This document shows, piece after piece, positions 52,901-64,000 of a DNA stretch of 64,000 bases. Where the stretch lies: positions 74,400,001 to 74,464,000 of the forward strand of contig NC_043008.1 in assembly GCF_006345805.1 (NCBI RefSeq). The letters are read 5' to 3'. Position numbers and translations under genes: made by a program. How positions within the stretch are numbered: position 1 is the stretch's first letter; each line of letters opens with the position of its first letter. The notes beneath the pieces are model-generated. The model ran no database searches, was not told the origin of the DNA, and worked only from the letters and a program-made list of their open reading frames with translations. Origin of the DNA: Octopus sinensis. Lineage: Eukaryota.

Positions 52901-54532
52901 TGTGTGTGTATGTGTGTGTGTGTATGTGTGTGTGTGTTGTGTGTGTGTGTGTGTGTGTGTGCCTATATCTGCCTTCAAAAAGTGCGGGCATGGATAATGA
53001 AATGAAGTCTTGCATGAAGTGAAGTATACAGGGAAATAAATTATACATTAAATAAAATTCAGAATAAATATTTATATTCCGAAACACACCCACATGGAAA
53101 ATATTTGACTTCTGAAAACAAAGCTGTCCATGAATAATTAAGAAGCGAAAACAGATCGAAACAGACTTATCTAATATGATACGAAAAGTAAGATTGAAAC
53201 ATCTTCAAAAAGAGATTTTGAAAGTCAGCAGCAGTCTTCATATTCAAAGACAAAATTTCCATGCCTTAAAGGCACCAATCATTAATTCTTCTCGAAAATA
53301 AAAGCTAAAACACAGAAAAAGCAAACCCTTGTGTAAGGAACGAAATCAACTGAGTAGCACTGGAAATGACAAAAATATAAAAAGCATAACAAAATATTTA
53401 GCACCTCGACAACCATACATCACACTGGAAGACATTATCTTTATCCAACCTGAAATAGATAACCCAGAAAAGGAAAAATTAACTAAAAAAATTTCTTTGA
53501 TGTCAACTCCAAAGTCAATCAACAGACAAGAATTATAGAAAAGAACTATAACAAGTCTGTCATCGACAGCTTGAACAACTTTACAAGCATCTTATAAATA
53601 CTCACTATTAGAAATTCTACTCGTTGATTGGAAAATCCTTCATAATAAAAGTACTGGTGTTTTCGAAGATGTTCTCCAAATGTTCAAATTACACTGTAAT
53701 CTTGTTCTGCTTCGCGGCTGGTCGCAATTGTAGACTTTGCTGAGAAATACATGCACTATATTCGAAAACAAATTTTAAGTATTGGACATTCGCAATGTGA
53801 AGCTCGGGTTAACAAAGACCTTTTGATACGATAAAAATATCTTTCCACTGTGCCCCGATACACAGTACTGCATCAGTTAATTTTCGCAGAATGCGTAATG
53901 TATTTGTATATATTGAGACTCTTACACACGCACACATGCGCACACACAAATATATGAATATATTTACGTGTTTCAATCATTGGAATGCGCAATTCTGGGG
54001 GCACTTCCCTGAAGGAATACTTACTTGCTATGCCTGGTACTTATTCCATCGATCTCTTTTCCAAACCGCTAAGTTATGATATCATAACCAAGCTAACACC
54101 GATTATCAAGCAGTGGGGGATACAGGCAAAGACATAGACACGCACACATACTCTCTCTCACACACACACACTCTCTTTCTCCCTCTCACAGACACGCACA
54201 CATACATCACGAACTTCTACACATGAGAAACTATCATTTTCTCTCCCTCTCCTTTACTCTCTCTCCCTCTCTTCCTCTCTCTCTCTCTCACACACGTATA
54301 CCCGCGCACGCACACACACACACACACGCATATACACACGCGCAGGCACACACACGCAGGCACACACACGCACACAGGCATATACACAATCGTGCGCGCA
54401 CGCACACACATACACACAAGCAATTATACTCATATGAAATTAAATATTAAACACTTTTGTTTCCAAAATATTATCGTTCACACAACGTTAAATATTATGT
54501 GAACGGTAATATATATATATATATATATATAA

Positions 54533-54750
54533 TTATAGCAATAATTAAGGGTTTAGCAACAAGTTGTTTCACCACATACCGAAAATTTAGAAATAGCAGC
54601 CAAAAGAGCGTTCTTTCTTTTCGCTACAGATATTGTTATCTGTAGAGTCATATTTTGTAGCGAAAAGAAATAACGGTTTTTTGGGAGCTATTTCTAAATT
54701 TTCGGTATGTGGTGAAGCAACTGTTGCTAAACCCTTAATTATTGTTATAA
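54533..54750. repeat. Fold-back with ~95-nt arms after (TA)n
   Basis: ATAATTAAGGGTTTAGCAAC..TCTTTTCGCTACA / TGTAGCGAAAAGA..GTTGCTAAACCCTTAATTAT; no convincing HHR. Confidence 0.9.
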
Positions 54751-54867
54751 ATATATATTTAAAACTTCTTGTATAAGTTTTTATTGAATATGGTTCTTTC
54801 CCATACCGAAAAGTACTAGGTAAAATTTATTAATTATTAATTAATGATTTTTTACCCTATATTTAAG

Positions 54868-54905
<38 letters not shown>

Positions 54906-55188
54906 ATATATATATATATCTTTATATATAAGGCTGAAGTTGTGTGTGTGTGTGGCAGGTTTGGAATCCTTGAACTAACACTCTATATGGGATTTGCCCA
55001 CTCTATAGGGCAAGTTGACCAAAATTGAGAGTATGATAGAAGAAGGCTTGCTCTTCATTCCGTAGAAGAAAAAATTCAAATCGGACCATGTTAAGACCAA
55101 AAATTATTTACATCACAGAGGTGTTTTGACTGCTGTGTCGCCATTTTTCGGTGCATTTCAACCAGAAAAATGTTCACATAAAGTGTTC

Positions 55189-55217
55189 TTTCGTCACACT
55201 TCTGCGACTTCATTCAG
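55189..55217 (-). ncRNA. Degenerate hammerhead core plus stem II
   Basis: Minus: CTGAATGA-A-GTCGC-AGAAGT-GTGAC-GAAA; inverted homologue at 56325. Confidence 0.4.
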
Positions 55218-55619
55218 TGATGCTTTGCTTTCTTCTTTTTTATGTCTCTCTTCCTAACGATCTGCCATTTTGTATTCCTGTTGTATGTGTCTTTATTTGC
55301 GCATGCGTATATTTCTGTGTGTCTATGTCAAGTAAGTGTGTGTGTGGGGGGGATGTGTATGGTACCTACATAAACAGTATCCTCTGTATATTCACGTTCA
55401 TTTAATTTAATTTAATTTATTTTATTCATTTGTTTTTATCTCCTTACTATTTCATTTCTTTATTTTTCTTGTATTAATTTTACTTTATTATATAATTTTA
55501 CTTTATTTAATTCCATTTATTTATCTGTCTATTGTATTAGTTTCATATTATTATTAGTTTATGCGGATCTTATTCTGTCATAAGTTGTGGTGTGTGTGTA
55601 TGGCAGAGATGGGAGGTGC

Positions 55620-56160
55620 TAGTGTTCCATTCTATTTTTTTATTTCGGCTAGGTGTACCTTCTATAATGTGTATTGCTTCCATAAGCGTGGCGTCTGTTC
55701 TATGTGTGGACAAGATTTTTACTTCTATGTCGTTGAGTGAGCCCCCATTTTCCCGCCCGGCGTGCTGGTATAAAACCGATGGACTCTTCTCTTCCTTATG
55801 CTCCCTCCAATGCTCTTCACTCTCCTATTCTCCGTGCCGTTTTCCCTACGTACGTCGTTGTCTTTTTTCTGCACCGTCCCCCTGTACATCTTATACTATA
55901 GACTACATTCCTAGCTTTATAGTTTGTGGGCTAAATCTACATACAATACAGTTCCAATCCGTACAGGGGGTTCTATTAAAAGGGTAGGTTCTACCGATAA
56001 TGGATTTGATAGGGTTACCTGGCCTTTCTACAACCTCAATTCTTAAGCTTGTCTAGGGCCCTTTTAAAGCAGTACGCCAGTTCGCCTCTAGGGGTGGTAT
56101 CGACGAACAGGACACTCTGGTATTTGTGGCTATTATACTATGAGCTGGCATTCCCTATTT
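55620..56160 (-). mobile_element. PLE linker plus GIY-YIG endonuclease fragment
   Basis: SVLFVDTTPRGELA..VVERPGNPIK; RNVVYSIRC..YVGKTARRIG; SVLYQHAG..IEVKILSTH..MEAIHI. Confidence 0.8.
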
Positions 56161-56324
56161 CCTTCTTAGTCCTTTCAATTGTATTGCATGACTTGCTCCT
56201 ATAGAGTGGGCAAATCCCATTCCTATCATTACATAAGATAGTTTCAAATTTCCTCATGGCTCCTTTATATACTCTGATCCTTTCACTATGGCTATATCCT
56301 GAGAAAGAAGAAAGCAAATGACCA

Positions 56325-56352
56325 CTGATGAGGTCACAGAAGTGTGACGAAA
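56325..56352 (+). ncRNA. Hammerhead core plus stem II (stems I and III degenerate)
   Basis: CTGATGA-G-GTCAC-AGAAGT-GTGAC-GAAA. Confidence 0.5.
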
Positions 56353-56698
56353 GAATCTGACCAAAATACAATTAATATGAAATTAAGCTGAAGCAAGTAA
56401 ACAACAAATATATAGTGCGGATGTTTTCATTGGCTAAAGTGGCAACATGACCATCCCAAATACAACAATATCTGTTTCAACACACGAATTCATATCAAGA
56501 ATATTGCAAAACGAATATATAAGCGTATATATATATGTATATATATGCATGCTTATATATACATATGTTTACATACATATACACATAAATCTGTGGATAT
56601 GTGTGTATATATATATATATATACATATGTATATATATTTATTAAATATATATATACGCGGTGGAGCAGAGAGCATTTGTTATTATTATTATTATTAC

Positions 56699-56765
<67 letters not shown>

Positions 56766-57013
56766 AATAACAATAATAATAATAATAACAATAACAATAA
56801 TAGCAATAATAATAATAATAATAATAATATTAATTAATGTAAAAAGAATTTATTATTATTATTATTATTATTATTGCTATTATTTTTATTGTCATTATTA
56901 TTATTACTATTATTATTATTATTGTTATTGTTATTATTATTATTATTATTATTATTGTTATTGTTATTGTTATTATTATTATTATTATTATTATCATTAT
57001 TATTATTATTATT

Positions 57014-57537
57014 GAGAGAGAGAGAGAGAGAGCAGTGCATGCCATCAAAGTGACACTGGGGTAAAATATACGAAGCCCACTATACCCATCATGACTACTC
57101 GTCTGATAAGGGTACACCAGGAACATGAATCACAACCATATGTGCGCGACATGGCGATCTCATATCAAGATAAATAGCACATGACCTTGCAGGTGGGGCC
57201 TAGATGGAGTTTTCTTGTGGTCGAGTAGCCCATCCGGCTCAAATGATCCCTGAATAAGGGTTGTTTAAGGATGTTGAACGAAACATCCATGTTTTCAGAG
57301 GTGAATTATTCAAACCCCAAAGAATCCCTCTCACTGTATGTCTATGATGCTCCCCACTACTTCTGCTAGTGATCAGAGATGCACATATTGTCAGCCACTA
57401 AGGGACATGCTCAACTGGTTAAGGTCAAACAACTGACAAGCAAACCTGTGGTAATGAGCAGAATATTTGCTGTAGCCCATCTTTTATACCAAGACAAAAC
57501 AATGAACATGATAACACTACCAATCAGTTAAGATCAG
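57014..57537. mobile_element. ~550-bp element in (TTA)n, copy 3 (truncated at right end)
   Basis: Same sequence as the 25641 and 27270 copies, with long (TTA)/(ATA) tracts on both sides. Confidence 0.9.
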
Positions 57538-57564
57538 TTATTAATATTATTATTATTATTATTA

Positions 57565-57659
<95 letters not shown>

Positions 57660-58045
57660 ATTATTATTATTATTATTTTATCTTTTTATTAACCGATCAA
57701 ATTCAGAATACATAGAAAGTTATATGCAGAGATAGAGCAATAACTTTTCTCTGTAAGATATCATTCTGGCAGACATTTTCGTAAATATGAAGTGCTGGGC
57801 TGAAACATTAGATTTTCTCCTCACAGTAAAGTAACTTATTTCCCTTTGTGAATGTTTGTAATCACTATTTACCAACACAGACCATCACTAGTTTCCTTAG
57901 ATTGTATTGTTTTATGAGGATAAGTAGACTAGGAGAGACAGGTAGACTGTTCATTACATGTGTTTACATATACACAAAAACATATATTTGCATAAAGCAA
58001 ATACAAGTGTGTGTGTGTGTGCCTGAGCGCGCGTGTCTGTGTGTT

Positions 58046-58146
<101 letters not shown>

Positions 58147-58573
58147 TGTGTGTGCGTGTGTGTGTGTGTGCTGCTATGGGTAAGTTCGTAATGCCGTGAA
58201 ACTAGAGTGGAGTAAACATTCAGATTCAATTGAGTGCGTGTGTATATGCATTTACAAAACTATTTTTATATTAACATAAATGTATATACTATGTATATGT
58301 ATACAATGTCTCTCTCATCCTATCCACTCTCTCTCTTTCTCTCTCTCTCTCCCTCTCTCTCTGAATATATATATATGTGTGTGTGTATTATTATGTGTGC
58401 CTATATTCATTTAATATGTGTGCATGCATATAGATGTATACATATAGATTTATATATGTATAATTCACTCTCACAAACACATATACACACATATATATGT
58501 CGACGTATGTATACATATATAGATGTATATATATAAAAAATATTTGTGAATGTGTATATGTTTATACACATAT

Positions 58574-58628
<55 letters not shown>

Positions 58629-59459
58629 AACAAAAATGTGCACAAGAAGAAAAAATAAATATTTGTTCATAAAACAAATCGTGTAAACCTTTGAAAAAGT
58701 CTTGGAAGCTATGAGTTCTTTGGAGAAGGATTAAAGGAATTATTCTAGATTTATGGATGATAATACAGGATTATAAACTACATTTAGCCTTTTAATTGTA
58801 TTTAGTTTTCTGTTCGTTTTATGATTCTAAGAACTTCTTTTAGTGCCAGTTCTCTTCGATAATTACAGACATAACAGGAACCGTCGATAATGGTAGAGAT
58901 TCTTATTTTCAGCTGATTCTTTAATCTTTTGTTAATATATTTTAAGCAACAACAGAACGGTGGAAATTTAGAAGAAATTCCTCGAGATAAGTTAGTTGAT
59001 TTTATTGTTCTTTTGCTTCAGATCCTTACTGATTGTGCAAATATATAAACCTAAGCCTGCTGACCAGGAGCACACTGTTTTATGACGACGTCTGTTTACT
59101 GTATACTGTAGAGTATGATCTAAGAATATATATAGTAGTTATTCCTAATATATGAAGTGATCCCATTGATGCGCGTAGGATACAACATTCCCTATTGTTT
59201 ATCGGGTTGCCTTATGTTAGTAAGAGTTACACGTTATATACAGTCTCCATCGCACCGAAAGTATTTCTCTTCAACACTTACAAAGCGATGTTTCAATACA
59301 TGATAACGATATTGAGCAAAATTATTTTTAAAATTATTTGATTTTATGATTAATTCATTTACAAAAATATTAAAATTTTTTTATAAACGACTTAATTAGG
59401 TACGCGGTTAACAAAACAATAAGCAAAATTTCGGATCGTTTGAACATCTGAGTGGAGTG

Positions 59460-59580
59460 TGCCACTCCAGCAACGTGAAATAAAGTGTCTTGCTCAAAGG
59501 CACAACGCGTCATCGAGAACTGTACTCAGGACCTTACGATCATGAGCTGAATACCCGAACTACTATGCCATGCATCTTCA
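59460..59580 (-). mobile_element. tRNA-derived SINE head fragment
   Basis: Minus strand has a tRNA-like head followed by GTTGTGCCTTTGAGCAAGACAC. Confidence 0.55.
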
Positions 59581-59739
59581 TTCAGAGGTAACATGAATAA
59601 TTCGCTTACAAACAACCTATTTCAAGGAAATATCTCTATCATTTGAGCAATCTACCGGACATGTTCTATACCTGTGAAACAGGGTAGAAACAGGAAACAG
59701 TTGGGATGATACAGATTACATGACAGAGAGTAGTAATAG

Positions 59740-60880
59740 CATACAGTATTAAAAGTACACAGTGACACAGAAGTAATAATACAGTGTTATCGGTAAAACT
59801 TTTGTGACTAATCGCAATACAGATTGTACACAGTTACAACGAAACACAATTGATATTACACATTACCACTGGTACACAGTAGAAAAGATACCCATTTGTT
59901 ATGGCACACTCTCCAAATGGTACTCAGTAATAATGGTACAAAGTAGTGATGGCAGACAATGGTAATTGTACACAGTAGTTACAGAGATAAGTAGTTATGG
60001 TACTCAGTAATAACGGTTTCAAATTTTGGCATTAGACGAGCAGTTTTTGAGGGGAGGAGGAAGTCGATTACATTGACCCGATCCCAGTACACAGAAATAA
60101 TAGTACAGTGTACTAATGATACAGAGTTGTAATGGTGCATAGAAGGAGTGTTAAAGGAGTGTTACAGAGTTGAAGGGTACACTTTAGTAAGGTACACAGT
60201 AGTAACGGTACACAGTAGTAATGGTACACTATAATAATGATACACAGTAAGTAATGTAACCGAATAACAATGGTTTATATTGGTAATGGTACACAGTAGT
60301 AATAGCAAACAGTGTTAACGACAAACTGTACTAATAGTATACAGTATTAATAGTAGGCAGTGGAAATGGTACTCAGTAATGTTGGTACACAGTAATTATG
60401 GTACACTTTACTAATAGTATATAGTAGTAATTGCGGGAAGTAGTTATGGTACGTAGTAATCATAGCATACAGTTGTAACGGTGCGAAGTAGTAACAGTAC
60501 ACAGTACTAATGGTAGACAATGGTTCAAATTAGTAACTCTACACAGTACGATACACAAAAGTAACATTGCACAGTAGTAACGATAGGCAGTATTATCTAT
60601 GCACAGTAGTCGCGGTACAATGCAGTAATCGTACACAGGTCTAATGGTACATAGCAGTAAGGATACTCGAGAGTAATTGTACATAGTACATAGTACTATC
60701 GGTACACAGTAGCAATGTTTACTGTAATAAGGATTTCTTTTGACGTTTACTGTAATAATTGTACAGAATAATATTCGTTCATTGTAGTAACGGTACATCG
60801 TAGTGGTACACAGTTGGCTTGGTACACAATAATATTGGTAAACTGTATTAACTGTAAGCAGAAGTAAAGGTGCACAGTAG
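59740..60880. repeat. Degenerate ~16-nt minisatellite (consensus ~TGGTACACAGTAGTAA)
   Basis: Many imperfect GGTACACAGTAGTAA units, interrupted by a SINE B fragment at ~60020-60080. Confidence 0.8.
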
Positions 60881-60988
60881 TAGTAGAAGGTTTGGGAAAA
60901 TTCCTGGTTTGGGGTAAAAATACAGGAGGATCAGTTAGATATGATTTTATCGTTAGATAAAATCATATGATCAGTTAGATATGATATA

Positions 60989-61412
60989 GGCGCAGGAGTG
61001 GCTGTGTGGTAAGTAGCTTGCTAACTAACCACATGGTTCCGGGTTCAGTCCCACTGCGTGGCATCTTGGGCAAGTGTCTTCTGCTATAGCCCCGGGCCGA
61101 CCAATGCCTTGTGAGTGGATTTGGTAGACGGAAACTGAAAGAAGCCTGTCGTATATATGTATATATATATATGTATGTGTGTGTGCTTGTGTATCTGTGT
61201 TTGTTCTCCTAGCATTGCTTGACAACCGATGCTGGTGTGTTTACGTCCCCGTCACTTGGCGGTTCGGCAAAAAGAGACCGATAGAATAAGTACTGGGCTT
61301 ACAAAAAGAATAAGTCCCGGGGTCGAGTTGCTCGACTAAAGGTGGTGCTCCAGCATGGCCGCAGTCAAATGACTGAAACAAGTAAAAGAGTAAAAGAGTA
61401 AAAGAAAGAGAG
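60989..61412 (+). mobile_element. SINE family A, full length
   Basis: GGCGCAGGAGTGGCTGTGTGGTAAG head, B-box-like GGTTCAGTCCC, (GTAAAAGA)n tail. Confidence 0.9.
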
Positions 61413-61939
61413 TATCCAACATATTCTCCTCTCAGATTAACACACCTATTGCAGCGGTCCTTCAGTTTTTCTAAGGTCTGTAATAGAATTCGGAAGGTTG
61501 GGCCTCCAGCCAGGCCTTTTGCTATTCACTTAAAGCCAAGTACTTTTCATCACCCACTCCTAATGATACAGAACTGTAATTGTACAATATTCTTTATGGT
61601 ACCCAGTAGATATGTTACACTGCAGCTATAGGTCACATTAGGAATGGATTCTGCAAGTAATTTACACAATAACTTTACACACATTTTGTACTCACAATTA
61701 TTTCACAAAGTTAGTCCACTCCTTCAGACGTGATTCACGTTAGAATTATCAGTTATATACCATATTTAAATAAATGTCGACATTTATAAGCGTTGGCAAT
61801 ATTTTTAGTCGATACAAAATTGGTGCATCATAATTCTATTGACTATATTTGTGCCCAGGAACCGTCGTTATAATTCTACTCGATCATTTTAGAAACAATT
61901 TCACAGAATACTACATTCACACCTTAATGTCTTTTATCT

Positions 61940-62343
61940 TTTATCTTTTACTTGTTTTATCTATTCCCTGCGGCTATGCTGGGGCACCGCTTGAAGGGTT
62001 TTTGATCGAACAAACCAACCACAGTAACTATCTTTTTAAGCCTGTTATTTATTTTGTCGGTTTTTTTGCTGAATTGCTAAGTTACGGGGATGTAAACACA
62101 CCAACACTGGTTGTCAAGCGGTGGTGGGGAACAACCACTGACACAAATACACACTCGCATAGATAAATACATATATATACAATGGATTTCTTTCAGTTTC
62201 CGTCTACCAAATCCACTCACAAGGCTTTGCTCGGCTCGAGGTTATGGTAAGAAGACACTTGCCTAAAGTGCCACATAGTGGGACTGAACCCAGAATCATG
62301 TGACTGGGAAGCAAACTTCTTATCACCCAGCCACGCCTGCACC
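61940..62343 (-). mobile_element. SINE family A, near full length
   Basis: Reverse complement of the family A head and tail. Confidence 0.85.
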
Positions 62344-64000
62344 TATATATACCTCTTAATGTATACAGTTATTTTACATAACGTTAATTTTACATTGTAA
62401 TTGTACACATTAATTGTAAGTAGGAACTATGTGCGGTAACTATAGATGTTATTTGTATACAGCAATATGAATGGCATGGTTCAGCCAGAAATTGCACTTA
62501 GTAGTGCTGTTAGATAATTGTGTACGCTGTAATCGCACACAGAAATTAGACTCAGAAAATTGTATACAATATTATTGCAGACAGAATTATAACTAAGGAA
62601 TTGTAATTATTTACAGATATAACGTATAGCCAAAATTGTACATTAACTGCACTCCGTGATTGCACTCAATAATTGTACAGAACAGTGTTGCATAAATGTT
62701 TTATACTCAGTAGTTTCTGCATGCAGCAATATTTACACTAACAATACATAGAAATATTTTTACTGGTTAATTTTACGCACTAGTTAATTATACTTCTTTT
62801 CTAGCGCAGTGAATTTGCCTAATCGTCGGAGTATCGGCGTAAATGCATTATAGTATATGTTCTAGCCCTCTTATATCCAATTTCAAATCTTGCCAAAGTC
62901 ACTTCTGCTTTTCGTTCGATAAAAATTTATGCATACCACAAATGCTTCTAGAAATTGCAAATATTCTATGCTTTGATACGCTCTGAAAATCTAAATTACA
63001 TCACGTGGCTTCTTATCTTCAATCATTTTAAACTCTACTCAATATTCCTTGAGTGATTCTATTACAAAAGAACACTTTACGTCACAAACTCATTTCTCTG
63101 AAAATTTAGGATTCACCGCAGATATCAGGCCCCAAATTTCTCGTTCATTGCTCGGTTTTCCTTTTCTGCTTCAATTATTTCTGTAAGGCAGTGCAGCAGA
63201 AACAGTTCTGCCGGAGACTTCAACAACGGAAGCCATTACGGTTAAATACTCGAATCATGAAACCTTTATATGAATAAATACCATTTAATAGGAAGCGTTT
63301 GGCGAGCTATGAAAGCAGTTACAGAATATTCCATTACATAATCTCCTGAAAGCTATGAATACATGTATAATTGATTATATATAAAGACCTCTTCTGCATA
63401 TACACACACACATGCAAACATACTTGAATTTATTTATGTATATAAACTGAAAAAATAATACTCAATTTCAGGTGTGTATATATATATATATAATACATAG
63501 ACACATACATATATACATGCATAACGTCACCTGCAATTTACTACGTCTGCCCTAAGCAATAATAACAAAACTGTATAAAATTATATTAGTAATTATTAAT
63601 ATTTTATTTCTAAATTTGATATCATGTTGTTTTTCACCTAATTGAGAAAAAAAAAGACTCGTTATATATTTACTTTCATTTTCCTACAGCCTCGACTTCA
63701 ACGCAAAATAGTCAACCTCACAGTACCAGCCATCACTAACCCTCCAGCTGCAGCGGCAAATAAAACTGTGTAATATTATAAAATTTTTCTCGGTTGGCCT
63801 ACAGTATTTCATTTCTTTATTCGTTTCATTTTAACTGCCTACTTTCTCTCTCATTTCAAATGCCTGCTTGCTATTTATTTTAATTTTGTTTTATTATCTT
63901 ATTTCAAAAATAGATTTTTCCTTGTATTTCTCTTCCACTCCGCTTCAAATACATACGGCAAGACAATTTCACATTGAAATTCTCTTATACGATGACCATT

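Noticed and set aside
54638-54670. CTGTAGA-GTC...GC-GAAA inside the 54.5-kb fold-back as an HHR
   Set aside because: Stem II is weak and there is no stem III, NUH or stem I.
60929-60985. 13-bp perfect hairpin inside a 17-nt direct repeat just upstream of a SINE
   Set aside because: Single small AT-rich instance, explained by local slippage or template switching.

Overview
AT-rich, microsatellite-dense animal genomic DNA. The tRNA-derived SINE families and (TA)n/(TTA)n density suggest an octopus-type mollusc, which is inference and was not searched. No host protein-coding gene is recognisable; there is one weak exon candidate. Most listed ORFs are microsatellite artefacts. The window is a transposon graveyard: about ten Penelope-like element (PLE) fragments (RT and GIY-YIG endonuclease), four mariner remnants, one Tc1/mariner-type non-autonomous element, RTE LINE pieces, at least three SINE families, and a ~550-bp element found three times inside (TTA)n. 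The main signal, found by reading the sequence by hand, is a dense set of type I hammerhead ribozyme (HHR) motifs. Three short, essentially non-coding fold-back cassettes next to (TA)n (12.8, 35.7-36.4 and 47.3 kb) each carry two outward-pointing HHR copies, one per strand. One of them contains a 470-nt direct-repeat-bounded monomer resembling a retrozyme or circRNA unit. Other PLE termini carry HHR cores with a compensatory U3-A8 pair or a shared non-canonical core. All folds are by eye; no folding, alignment or database search was run.
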